Shown in pieces: positions 17,388 through 26,239 of a stretch of DNA of 40,158 nucleotides. The notes beneath the pieces were generated by a model. The model saw only the letters and a program-made list of their open reading frames with translations. It ran no database searches and had not been told where the DNA came from. The stretch is from Patescibacteria group bacterium (lineage in GTDB: Bacteria; Patescibacteriota; Minisyncoccia; Moranbacterales; GWC2-37-73): positions 1 to 40,158 of the forward strand of contig DASVYU010000021.1 in NCBI GenBank assembly GCA_036391995.1, in the 5' to 3' direction. The translations under genes and the position numbers were made by a program. The number at the start of each line of letters is the position of its first letter. Position 1 is the first letter of the stretch.

Positions 17388-17759
17388 ATGAAACCGAAGG
17401 AATTTTCGGACGAGTCATTTTTTCAAGAGATCATTGAAAATGGGCAGCTCAGGGCTGTGATTGTAATCGGAGCCCAATATAGCGCTGACGTGTTCAGAAT
17501 GGTAAATCGCGCCATGCCGGCAATAGCTGAAAGCTACGGAGAAAGGGTGCTTTTCGGTTTTGTATATACGCATGACAGGAGAGGGGAAGTTGTGAATCCC
17601 TTGGTTTTCCAAAGATATCCAATCGGAACACATCCGCTCATACTGGGTTTCAAGAAAGGTATTGAGGTGTGCGGCAGGATAGTGTCCATGGGCAACATTG
17701 ATCAGCAGATGGCTGATCTTAAAATGGTTGCAAGAAGGGTTTTGATGCGGCCGAGATAA
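17388..17759 (+). CDS. Thioredoxin-like small protein without redox cysteines, hypothetical
   Basis: Thioredoxin-like topology (VIVIGAQYSADVFRMV ... PLILGFKKGIEV), with AQYS in place of CxxC. Strong SD (aaaaggagg) and elevated GC, unlike the flanking native genes. The ORF tool start at 17259 is unlikely. Confidence 0.4.
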   Translation: MKPKEFSDESFFQEIIENGQLRAVIVIGAQYSADVFRMVNRAMPAIAESYGERVLFGFVYTHDRRGEVVNPLVFQRYPIGTHPLILGFKKGIEVCGRIVSMGNIDQQMADLKMVARRVLMRPR

Positions 17760-17917
17760 TATATTGTCCCATGCTTGTAATTGGCAGTACTGGCGGTCCT
17801 CCAAAGAAGGGCCGCTTTTTCTTTGCATTGATTTTTAATCCGAGGCGTAGTATTATGGGACATGGTTTTAAATGTATAGCACGCGTGCATTTGCGCGACA
17901 ATTTTCCTTTTTGGCAC

Positions 17918-17948
17918 GCTTTTGGATGAATACACGATATCCAAAAGC
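17918..17948. promoter_or_regulatory. 10-bp perfect inverted repeat upstream of uvrA
   Basis: GCTTTTGGAT-gaatacacgat-ATCCAAAAGC. A perfect GCACGCGTGC palindrome lies nearby at 17879-17888. Confidence 0.3.
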
Positions 17949-18029
17949 TCAAGAGCCGTTACCGCCGGCTATTGGCCAAAAAGAAAAACAGTCGCGCCTA
18001 ATAAAATTCGCAAGTCATGATTTAAACAA

Positions 18030-20948
18030 ATGGAAGACAAGATAATAATCCGCGGGGCAAGGGAACATAATTTGAAGAACATAAACCTTGATCTGCCGCG
18101 AGACAAATTCATAGTGTTTACGGGACTTTCAGGGTCGGGAAAATCGACCCTGGCTTTTGATACGATTTTCGCTGAAGGACAGAGGAGATATTTGGAAAGC
18201 CTTTCAAGCTACGCGCGCCAATTCTTGGGGCAGATGGACAAGCCGGATGTGGATCATATCGAAGGGCTTTCGCCGGCTATCTCCATCGACCAGAAATCTA
18301 CCACGCACAACCCGCGCTCGACCGTGGGAACTGTGACGGAAATCCATGATTATCTGCGTCTGCTCTATGCCAAAATCGGCGTTCCGCATTGTCCGGTCTG
18401 CGGACGTGAGATTTCTAAACTATCCACTGATGAAATCGTGGATCGCATTTTGGAGCTGTCTGAAAAACATTCGCAGACAATTGAGATCCTTGCTCCGGTC
18501 GTGCGCGAAAGGAAAGGTGAATATCTGGCGCTTTTGGATGACATGTGGAAAAGAGGATTTTCCGAGGCGACAGTGGATGGCAAACGCATGCAGCTGGAAG
18601 ATTTCAAGGATATGAAACTTGAACGTTACAAGAAACACAGCATCGACATTGTGGTAGACAAATTGACTGTCAGTGAAGATAGCATCACGCGCATATTCGA
18701 AGGCGTGGAAAGATCGCTTCGCATGGCGGAAGGATTGGTGAAAATAAGATGCATCTCCAATGAAGCTAAAAGCCAAAAGCTAGAAGCTAAAAGCCATTCG
18801 AAGTGTTTTGCGGAGCAGATTTTCAATCAGAAACTTTCCTGTCCGATCCATGACATCCAATTTCCGGAATTGGAGCCGCGTCTTTTCTCTTTCAATTCTC
18901 CCTATGGCGCCTGTGAAGCTTGCGAAGGATTGGGACTCAAGAAGGAGATCGATCCGCATCTGATCATGCCTGACATAAACAAGACGATCGCGGAGGGAGG
19001 TTTTGCTCCTTGGAATTTCAAGAAAAACAACTATTATGGCGGCGTGATACTGTCAGCCGCACGCTTTTTCAATGTGCCCGACAATGTGCGCTTGCGTGAT
19101 CTGCCCAAGAAGAAGCTCAATCTAATGCTCTACGGAACCACCGAAGAAGGCATGGAGGCGACAGAGGAAGATGCTGAGGAGATTCCGATCACCATAAGGG
19201 CCAAGACTGGTACTAATTGGAAATTCTACATGGAATGGCACGGCGTGCTTGGTTTCATGCGAGACAGGTATTTTAAGACCGAGTCAGACACAGTGCGTGC
19301 GAACATGGAGAAATATATGTCGCAGAAGCCTTGCAGTGTCTGCAAAGGCTCACGTTATAAGCGCGATGTGCTTTTGGTGACGGTGGGAGAAAAAAACATC
19401 CATGAAGTCTCCACTTTGAGCGTGTCTGATTCCAAGCAATTCTTCGAAGATTTGAAACTGACCAAAAGAGAAACCATGATTGCGGGCAGGATCCTCAAGG
19501 AAATAAACGCGCGCCTGACATTCTTGAACAATGTGGGCTTGGATTATCTCACGCTGCATCGCGCGGCTTATTCTCTTTCAGGTGGTGAAGCACAGCGCAT
19601 CCGTTTGGCTTCGCAGATCGGCTCGCAATTGGTGGGAGTCTTGTATATCCTGGATGAACCATCGATCGGACTGCATGCGCGTGACAACACCAAGCTCATA
19701 GAGACTCTTAGGCAATTGCAGGAAATAGGCAACACTCTGATCGTGATCGAGCATGATGAAGAAATGATGCGGCATGCAGATTGGTTGGTGGACATCGGAC
19801 CAGGCGCCGGCAAGCATGGCGGCGAAATCATTGCACAAGGCAAACCTGAAGATGTTATCGCAAGCAAGAAATCCCTGACGGGCAAATACCTGCGAGGCGA
19901 ATTGGAAATCGAAATTCCCAAGATGCGCCGCGCAGTCAATAAGAAAAAATTCATCACGGTGAGAAATGCCAGTGAGCATAATCTCAAGAATGTGACAGCG
20001 GAATTTCCGCTTAGAGTTTTCACTTGCGTGACAGGTGTTTCCGGCTCGGGAAAATCGACTTTAGTGGAAGACACTTTGTATAAAGCTTTGGCCAACAAAC
20101 TGCACCGCGCTTTGGATGTGCCTGGCAGGCATCAGGAAATCGTGGGTATCGAGAACATCAACAAAGTCATCATGATCGACCAGTCGCCGATCGGACGCAC
20201 GCCGCGCTCGAATCCTGCGACATATACGGGACTTTTCACGCATATCCGCGAACTGTTCGCGCAGACAAAAGATGCCAAACTCCGAGGCTATGGTCCAGGC
20301 AGGTTCTCATTTAACATTGCCGGCGGGCGCTGTGACAACTGTTCCGGAGAAGGATTCTTGAAAATAGAGATGCAATTCATGCCAGACGTCTATCTGCCTT
20401 GTGATGTCTGCTCAGGTAAGAGATATAACAGTGAGACATTGCAAGTGAAATATAAAGGCAAGAATATTTCCGAAGTTCTTGGCATGACTGTTTCGGAAGG
20501 CGCGGAATTCTTCGCAGCTTTTCCTAAGATCGCTGAACCATTGAAAGTTTTGGAAGATGTAGGATTGGGCTATATCGAGCTAGGGCAGAGCGCAACGACT
20601 CTCTCTGGAGGAGAAGCGCAGAGAATCAAGTTGGCAGCGGAACTTTCGCGCCGTGCGACGGGTGACACGCTGTACATTCTGGACGAGCCAACCACGGGCT
20701 TGCATTTCGATGACATTAAAAAACTTTTGGGAGTATTGAATCGTTTGGTGGATGCTGGCAACACAGTGGTTGTCATTGAGCATAATATGGATGTCATCAA
20801 GACTGCAGACTGGATCATAGACATGGGACCGGAAGGTGGAGATGGCGGAGGACGCATCGTGGTAACAGGCTCGCCGGAAGAAGTCATCAAATATCACAAG
20901 GAAAGCTACACGGCGAAATATCTGAGAGAAGTGCTCAAGAAAAAATAG
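18030..20948 (+). CDS. uvrA: Excinuclease ABC subunit A, full-length class I type
   Basis: Two ABC modules ([10 protein letters not shown]; [12 protein letters not shown]), signature LSGGEAQR twice, zinc-finger and insertion domains. Contains an in-frame tandem-repeat insert at 18762-18800. Confidence 0.95.
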   Translation: MEDKIIIRGAREHNLKNINLDLPRDKFIVFTGLSGSGKSTLAFDTIFAEGQRRYLESLSSYARQFLGQMDKPDVDHIEGLSPAISIDQKSTTHNPRSTVGTVTEIHDYLRLLYAKIGVPHCPVCGREISKLSTDEIVDRILELSEKHSQTIEILAPVVRERKGEYLALLDDMWKRGFSEATVDGKRMQLEDFKDMKLERYKKHSIDIVVDKLTVSEDSITRIFEGVERSLRMAEGLVKIRCISNEAKSQKLEAKSHSKCFAEQIFNQKLSCPIHDIQFPELEPRLFSFNSPYGACEACEGLGLKKEIDPHLIMPDINKTIAEGGFAPWNFKKNNYYGGVILSAARFFNVPDNVRLRDLPKKKLNLMLYGTTEEGMEATEEDAEEIPITIRAKTGTNWKFYMEWHGVLGFMRDRYFKTESDTVRANMEKYMSQKPCSVCKGSRYKRDVLLVTVGEKNIHEVSTLSVSDSKQFFEDLKLTKRETMIAGRILKEINARLTFLNNVGLDYLTLHRAAYSLSGGEAQRIRLASQIGSQLVGVLYILDEPSIGLHARDNTKLIETLRQLQEIGNTLIVIEHDEEMMRHADWLVDIGPGAGKHGGEIIAQGKPEDVIASKKSLTGKYLRGELEIEIPKMRRAVNKKKFITVRNASEHNLKNVTAEFPLRVFTCVTGVSGSGKSTLVEDTLYKALANKLHRALDVPGRHQEIVGIENINKVIMIDQSPIGRTPRSNPATYTGLFTHIRELFAQTKDAKLRGYGPGRFSFNIAGGRCDNCSGEGFLKIEMQFMPDVYLPCDVCSGKRYNSETLQVKYKGKNISEVLGMTVSEGAEFFAAFPKIAEPLKVLEDVGLGYIELGQSATTLSGGEAQRIKLAAELSRRATGDTLYILDEPTTGLHFDDIKKLLGVLNRLVDAGNTVVVIEHNMDVIKTADWIIDMGPEGGDGGGRIVVTGSPEEVIKYHKESYTAKYLREVLKKK

Positions 20949-21009
20949 AAATGATTATTCCACAAAAAGACGATCGTCTAAAAGTGGGATAATGCTTTGA
21001 GAAGAATAA

Positions 21010-21045
21010 AAAGCTGATGCACGCGTGGGCGCATCAGCTTTTTTG
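21010..21045 (+). terminator. Rho-independent terminator after uvrA
   Basis: AAGCTGATGC-acgcgtgg-GCATCAGCTT followed by T6. Confidence 0.65.
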
Positions 21046-21061
21046 TTACCAGATTCCTGAT

Positions 21062-21469
21062 TCAGGATACTGACTCTAAAAATGTCTTCAGAGAATGATA
21101 GATGACTCTCAGGAAGACCACATTCTCTCCCGGAAGTTTTTTCTCCAGCGTGGCATTTCTGAAGAACTCTTCCAGTGTCACTTTATCGGGAATCTGCTGG
21201 AGTTCTTCGAATTTCATGCCATTGGAGTTGGCAATTTGCGGTATGTATTGGCAGAGCATGTTATCCAGGCGGTCTTTGAGCCTGGAGTCTATGTTCCTGT
21301 TCCAGATGGCAGTCTGGATCTGCTGCAGAAGCTGCTTCACCATCCTGTCGCTGCCCACGAGCCCGACAATAGACGGACAATACTTGCCGAAGCTGACTTG
21401 CTCGAGCATGGGCAAAGCCCTTCGAAAATCATTTCTGCTGGCTGGGCGGTTCATTTTTGCGGCCATCAT
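21062..21469 (-). CDS. Hypothetical protein, 135 aa: gene B of a higher-GC two-gene insert
   Basis: Own SD (aaaggagaag) before ATG ATG. No recognisable domain. GC near 50%. Confidence 0.45.
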   Translation of the reverse strand: MMAAKMNRPASRNDFRRALPMLEQVSFGKYCPSIVGLVGSDRMVKQLLQQIQTAIWNRNIDSRLKDRLDNMLCQYIPQIANSNGMKFEELQQIPDKVTLEEFFRNATLEKKLPGENVVFLRVIYHSLKTFLESVS

Positions 21470-21511
21470 CTTCTCCTTTGGGTTGGTGTTGAAATCATTT
21501 CGTTTTACACA

Positions 21512-21856
21512 TTATTCATGGCTGTCGAGGATTTGCTTCTTGATCGCGTTGATTCTGGAGTCTTCGATGAAACTGAAGTTTTTGAATAAGGAAGTGAGTC
21601 TGTGGTAGAGCTCGTAGAAAGCATCGGACGTAGTTGAGTTGTTGGTATACTTTACGTCGGTATATTTGCCGATAATCTCCAGCATCCGGCATGTTTCTTT
21701 TTCGTGATCCGCAACGACATCATCGGACATCCGGAAATATTTGATGCAGTCCTGGAGCCATTCGTGGTAGGTGCTGCGTTCTGTGGGAAGCAGGAGTGTT
21801 TGTTCGAGATCATCCATGAAATCCCTTCCTTGCGGGGTTAATTTCCACTTGACCAT
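21512..21856 (-). CDS. Hypothetical protein, 114 aa: gene A of the two-gene insert
   Basis: SD aaaggagga 6 nt before the ATG. No recognisable domain. Co-oriented with gene B and 42 bp upstream of it. Confidence 0.45.
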   Translation of the reverse strand: MVKWKLTPQGRDFMDDLEQTLLLPTERSTYHEWLQDCIKYFRMSDDVVADHEKETCRMLEIIGKYTDVKYTNNSTTSDAFYELYHRLTSLFKNFSFIEDSRINAIKKQILDSHE

Positions 21857-21940
21857 AATCCAATCCTCCTTTGCCTTTTTAAGGCAATCAGTTGTAATAT
21901 TCAGTTGGATAGGTACGACATTATATTATACTCCTTTTTT

Positions 21941-23329
21941 ATGAATTTGTCCAGTATAAAGCAAAAAATAGCTCAGTTGCCTCAGAATCCGGGGGTATAT
22001 TTTTTCTGCGACTCGGCAGGGGCAATCCTCTATATAGGCAAGGCGACGAATTTGAGAAGCCGGGTTTCTTCCTATTTCCGTGGTTTTGGTGCGGGGGAGT
22101 TGAGCTCCCAAATGCAAAAAGGGAGCTCAACTCCCTTTGTGGCTGGAAGAAGTGAGTGGATTGGTTTAATGGTTTCGCAAATTGCAAATATTGATTTTCA
22201 AGAAACAGACAGCGTCTTGGAAGCGCTCATTCTGGAAAGCAACCTGATAAAGAAGCATCAGCCCAAATACAACACGCTGGAAAAGGACGACAAGAGCTTT
22301 GCGTATTTTGTGATTACCAAAGAGGATTTTCCACGCATCTTGATTCTTCGAAAAACTGATATTGATTTTGAAAATCTAGAAGCTAAAAGCTATAAGCTAA
22401 AAGCTATCTTCGGCCCATACACAAGCAAATACCAGATGGAAACGGCGCTCAAAATCATGCGCCGGATCTTTCCGTTCCATGCGCTCAAGCAGAAAACAGA
22501 AAAAGGCTGTTTGGATTTCCAGTTGGGCATGTGTCCTGGTCCATATGAAGGCGCGATCTCCAAAGAGGATTACAAAAAGAATATCCGCGGCATCCGGATG
22601 ATCCTGGAAGGCAAGAAAAAAAGATTAGTGACGACATTGGAAAAAGAGATGCAGATCCTTGCCAAAAAAAACGAATTCGAAAAAGCTGCCGAGATTCGCA
22701 ACAAAATATTCGCACTCAATCATATTATGGATATTGCGCTTATGACTAGAGATTTTGATAATTTAGAATTTCCAATTTCGAATTTCGAATCAAATCAGAA
22801 TGACATAATTTCGAAAAATAAATCATTAGAAATTCATTCAAAATTCAAAATTCAAAATTCAAAATTGTTCAGGATTGAGGCATATGATATTTCAAATATT
22901 TCTGGACAAAATGCAGTGGGCTCAATGGCGGTTTTTGAAAATGGAAAACCTGCTAAATCACAATATCGCAAATTCAAGATAAAAACGATTGAAGGCAGCG
23001 ATGATGTGGGCAGCATGCGAGAGGTCTTGTCACGGCGCTTCCACAATGATTGGCCGATGCCTGATCTTATTCTGCTCGATGGTGGGCAAGGGCATTTGAA
23101 TATGGCAACAAAACTGTTATTGGAAGAAATGGGCTTGGCTTTGAATATCGCAGCTGTTGCCAAAGGTCCCACCCGCAAGAAGTTGGATGTGCGAATCGCT
23201 GGATCTGTGCCACCTTCAGTCAAGTATATTCTGGCGGATCAGAATCTTTTGAAGTCCATCATGGATGAAGCGCATCGTTTCGCGATCACATTCCATCGCA
23301 AGCTCCGCCGCAAAAACGCTTTGCAATGA
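21941..23329 (+). CDS. uvrC: Excinuclease ABC subunit C, compact form lacking the C-terminal HhH domain
   Basis: GIY-YIG (GVYFFCDSAGAILYIGKATNLRSRVSSYF ... EALILESNLIKKHQPKYN), a UVR domain (EFEKAAEIRNKIF) and an RNaseH-like endonuclease domain (RIEAYDISN...). Likely start at ATG 21941. Carries three in-frame inserts (22095-22135, 22372-22404, about 22760-22870). Confidence 0.85.
   Translation: MNLSSIKQKIAQLPQNPGVYFFCDSAGAILYIGKATNLRSRVSSYFRGFGAGELSSQMQKGSSTPFVAGRSEWIGLMVSQIANIDFQETDSVLEALILESNLIKKHQPKYNTLEKDDKSFAYFVITKEDFPRILILRKTDIDFENLEAKSYKLKAIFGPYTSKYQMETALKIMRRIFPFHALKQKTEKGCLDFQLGMCPGPYEGAISKEDYKKNIRGIRMILEGKKKRLVTTLEKEMQILAKKNEFEKAAEIRNKIFALNHIMDIALMTRDFDNLEFPISNFESNQNDIISKNKSLEIHSKFKIQNSKLFRIEAYDISNISGQNAVGSMAVFENGKPAKSQYRKFKIKTIEGSDDVGSMREVLSRRFHNDWPMPDLILLDGGQGHLNMATKLLLEEMGLALNIAAVAKGPTRKKLDVRIAGSVPPSVKYILADQNLLKSIMDEAHRFAITFHRKLRRKNALQ
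22095..22135. repeat. Perfect 15-bp-arm palindrome inserted in-frame in the uvrC GIY-YIG region
   Basis: GGGAGTTGAGCTCCC-aaatgcaaaaa-GGGAGCTCAACTCCC. It encodes extra residues (GELSSQMQKGSSTPF) between SYFRG and the conserved MVSQIANIDF. Confidence 0.8.
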
Positions 23330-23426
23330 GCCAAAAAGAAAAAAAGAGCTTTTTCGTATTAATTGATATGTTTGGGCAAAAACTGACGCCGCTTGCTCTT
23401 CGCAGCAAGTGTGTCATAATTGGAAC

Positions 23427-23825
23427 ATGAAAATATTGCGAAAACAATCTGTTGCTGTTTTGGTTCTCATCTCACTGTTTACTTTAGTGAGTGGTCTTTG
23501 TTATGGAACATTTGCGTCTGCTTCTACTTCTGCGCAATATGCTGCCATGCCTGCTATGGACATGTCGCATTGCGGCAATCAAACCGTTTCTTTTGAAAAA
23601 GGCAGCCCTTTGAACAATGCTGTGATGCCATGCTGTGTGGATCGCCATGATGGACAAGCCACAACTCTGCCGACCATTTTGAAAGACAAGGTTAAATTTT
23701 CTGCCGACTTGATTGAAGTGCAACCCTTGCAAACCAGTCTTGATTTTGCTGTGCAATGCAATTCTTTCGCGCATGCTCCGCCGGGGCAGCCGGACATACT
23801 TTCTTCTGTTGTTAAAATAGAATAA
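23427..23825 (+). CDS. Small secreted Met/Cys/His-rich protein, putative metal (copper) binding
   Basis: Signal peptide (MKILRKQSVAVLVLISLFTLVSG) and MPAMDMSHCG / MPCCVDRHD motifs. Sits directly upstream of the copper cluster. Confidence 0.4.
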   Translation: MKILRKQSVAVLVLISLFTLVSGLCYGTFASASTSAQYAAMPAMDMSHCGNQTVSFEKGSPLNNAVMPCCVDRHDGQATTLPTILKDKVKFSADLIEVQPLQTSLDFAVQCNSFAHAPPGQPDILSSVVKIE

Positions 23826-23895
23826 ATTTTCTTCTTGAAGCTCTTGTTTGAAAAAGAGCTGTTTTGGCATAGCTAAGTAATCTTGGATATATTTT

Positions 23896-23985
23896 TGTTT
23901 TTTACCGGGAGCCCTCTTTACGATCTGATTTTTTTCATCAAGGAAGAATCCCCATGTAAAAAACAAAAAATATCCTCGCTCACCT
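23896..23985 (+). promoter_or_regulatory. Conserved upstream element, copy a, before the HMA-permease gene
   Basis: ttttttaccgggagccctct...tcaaggaagaatccccatgtaaaaaacaaaaaatatcctcgct is about 80% identical to 25910-25995. A TTTTGTAGTTTT direct repeat follows at about 23999-24033. Confidence 0.5.
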
Positions 23986-24037
23986 TGGTTAGCATGCACT
24001 TTTGTAGTTTTGTAAATATTAGTCATTTTGTAGTTTT

Positions 24038-25879
24038 ATGAAAAACAAAATAACCGTGCCCATAAGCGGTATGCATTGCCGCTCGTGCGAGATTCTGGTT
24101 GAGGAAAATCTTTTAGAGATTCCTGATGTTGAACGCAGTGTAGTTAATTATAAAAAAGGTACTGCTGAAGTACATTTCAAAGACCGGGAGCCGAACATGC
24201 GAGAAATCGAAAAAGCGATCCGCGAAGCTGGATATTCCATTGGTACCAATGGAAAAAAACCACTGCTCAGCAAAAATCCTGAAGACTACAAGGATTTAGG
24301 AATAGCTCTGATTTTTCTGGTGGGCATATATATCATTCTGAAAAATTTGGGATTCTCGGGAATAAATCCGGGAAACATTTCCAATCCATCTAGCTTGGGA
24401 GTGGTGCTTTTGGTTGGTTTGACTGCGGGAGTGTCATCATGCATGGCTCTTGTGGGTGGACTGATTCTTGGGATATCCGCGCGCCATGCGGAAAAGCATC
24501 CGGAAGCTACTCCTGCGCAGAAATTCAGACCGCATCTTTTCTTCAATTTGGGAAGAATTGGCGGGTATGCTCTTCTGGGTGGCTTGCTTGGGATGATTGG
24601 AAGTGCGGTGCAATTTTCAGGAGGGACACTTGGATTGCTTACGATCGCGGTGGGAGTCGTGATGCTCATGCTTGGAATGAAACTGATTGGTATTTTTCCA
24701 CGCATGGAAAATGGCGGACTGACTTTGCCAAAATCCGTGGCTAAATTTTTCGGAATCAAAAAGGACACCAGAGAATATAGCCATCGCAGTTCCATGATTA
24801 CCGGGGCGCTGACTTTCTTTTTGCCTTGCGGATTTACGCAGGCTATGCAGCTTTATGCTGTTAGCACCGGAAGCTTTATGCGCGGAGCATTGATCATGGG
24901 AGTGTTTGCACTTGGAACTGCGCCAGGACTCCTTGGTGTGGGAGGACTAACTTCTGTCGTTAAGGGAATATTCGCGCAGCGTTTTTTCAAGTTTGCAGGA
25001 ATTTTGGTGATTTTCCTGGCTATGTTCAACATTGCCAATGGCTACAATCTGACAGGTTGGCAAGTTGCTCCGGGTGCACCGCTTGCATCTCAAGCCAGTG
25101 ATTCTAATGTAAAATTGGAAAACGGCGTGCAAGTCGTTTCTATGACGGAAAGTTCCAGGGGATATGCCCCAAACAGTTTCACGGTCAGAAAAGGAGTGCC
25201 TGTGCGTTGGGAAATAGATGCTCAGGATCCATATTCTTGCGCTTCAAGTCTGATTATGAACAAGATGGGCATAAGAAAGACATTGGTTTCAGGAAAAAAT
25301 GTCGTTGAATTTACTCCGACTGAAACAGGAAAAATACCTTTTTCTTGTTCCATGGGTATGTATACAGGATCATTTACGGTTGTGGATGAAAATGGTAATG
25401 GTTCTGGTGTGTCCCAGGGCTCAAATTATGCACCTTCAAGCTCACCATCTGGAACTTGCGGCGGAGGGGCGGCTACTGCAAATGGCCCTGCTACAAGCAG
25501 CTGTGGCGGCTCAGGCGGTGGTTGTGGAGGGTGTGGTGGAGCTGCAAGACAGGTAACACCAACTCAAGGAACAACCCAAACAACTCAAGCGGCAAATAGC
25601 GCCAGTGCACAGGTTGTAAATACTATATATACCTACAGCCAAGACATCCAACCAAACACATTCAAGGTGAAAGCGGGGCAACCTGTTAAGTTTATTGTGG
25701 ATGTTAAGGAAAATGGAGTTGGTTGCATGAGTACGATCATGATTCCTGGTCTTTATAATCAGCCGCAGCAACTCATTGCCGGCAACAAGATAGAGATGGA
25801 TTTTACTCCGACCAAACCTGGAACATATCAGATCACATGCGCCATGGGCGTGCCTAGGGGAACGTTGACTGTAGAATGA
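24038..25879 (+). CDS. HMA-domain membrane permease (DsbD_2/TauE-like TM core) fused to two C-terminal cupredoxin-like domains; putative copper handling
   Basis: N-terminal HMA (ISGMHCRSCE), a 6-8 TM core (LVGLTAGVSSCMALVGG ... FFLPCGFTQAM), a Gly/Cys-rich linker (CGGSGGGCGGCGG), and two beta-sandwich domains ending FSCSMGMYTGSFTVV and ITCAMGVPRGTLTV. Confidence 0.6.
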   Translation: MKNKITVPISGMHCRSCEILVEENLLEIPDVERSVVNYKKGTAEVHFKDREPNMREIEKAIREAGYSIGTNGKKPLLSKNPEDYKDLGIALIFLVGIYIILKNLGFSGINPGNISNPSSLGVVLLVGLTAGVSSCMALVGGLILGISARHAEKHPEATPAQKFRPHLFFNLGRIGGYALLGGLLGMIGSAVQFSGGTLGLLTIAVGVVMLMLGMKLIGIFPRMENGGLTLPKSVAKFFGIKKDTREYSHRSSMITGALTFFLPCGFTQAMQLYAVSTGSFMRGALIMGVFALGTAPGLLGVGGLTSVVKGIFAQRFFKFAGILVIFLAMFNIANGYNLTGWQVAPGAPLASQASDSNVKLENGVQVVSMTESSRGYAPNSFTVRKGVPVRWEIDAQDPYSCASSLIMNKMGIRKTLVSGKNVVEFTPTETGKIPFSCSMGMYTGSFTVVDENGNGSGVSQGSNYAPSSSPSGTCGGGAATANGPATSSCGGSGGGCGGCGGAARQVTPTQGTTQTTQAANSASAQVVNTIYTYSQDIQPNTFKVKAGQPVKFIVDVKENGVGCMSTIMIPGLYNQPQQLIAGNKIEMDFTPTKPGTYQITCAMGVPRGTLTVE

Positions 25880-25909
25880 TTTAAAAAATTTAAGCTCGAA
25901 TATGTTTTA

Positions 25910-25995
25910 ATTTTTTCCGTGGGAGCCCTCTGACATTTGGAAATATGTTCAAGGGAGAATCCCAATGGAAAAAAATTAAAAATATTCTCGCTATT
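25910..25995 (+). promoter_or_regulatory. Conserved upstream element, copy b, before copZ
   Basis: ttttttccgtgggagccctctgacatttgg...tcaagggagaatcccaatggaaaaaaattaaaaatattctcgct. Confidence 0.5.
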
Positions 25996-26003
25996 GGAAT
26001 CAT

Positions 26004-26207
26004 ATGAAAAAAATTAACTTTAAGATAAAAGGCTTCCATTGTGATGCTTGTGTGAAACTTGCTACAATGAAGCTGAAGAAAATAACAGGCGTTGATGCTG
26101 TTGAAGTTGAACCTGATGGACAGGCAACGCTTGAGGTTGAAAGGGAAATCGGTTTTGAAGAGATAGAAAAAGCTCTGGACGGAACAGGTTATGGCGTGGA
26201 AATGTAA
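26004..26207 (+). CDS. copZ: Copper chaperone CopZ-like HMA protein
   Basis: A single 67-aa HMA domain with GFHCDACVKL. Confidence 0.8.
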   Translation: MKKINFKIKGFHCDACVKLATMKLKKITGVDAVEVEPDGQATLEVEREIGFEEIEKALDGTGYGVEM

Positions 26208-26239
26208 CAAGATCTAAAAAACTTCAATAAATAAGTCTT

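Noticed and set aside
21062-21856. The two small minus-strand ORFs as one gene broken by a single in-frame stop, through readthrough or recoding
   Set aside because: They are in the same frame and only a stop plus 14 codons apart. However, the downstream ORF has its own strong SD and a tandem ATG, and the rest of the window shows no sign of stop-codon reassignment.
22760-22870. The heptamer and octamer tandem repeats as a CRISPR array
   Set aside because: The units are 7-8 nt and directly abutting with no unique spacers. This is microsatellite-like, not repeat-spacer architecture, and there are no cas genes.
23484-24026. A 180-aa minus-strand ORF across the small secreted gene and the copper-cluster leader
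   Set aside because: It overlaps a better-supported plus-strand gene and the conserved upstream element. It has no SD, no native-style start context, and shows no similarity to any family I know.
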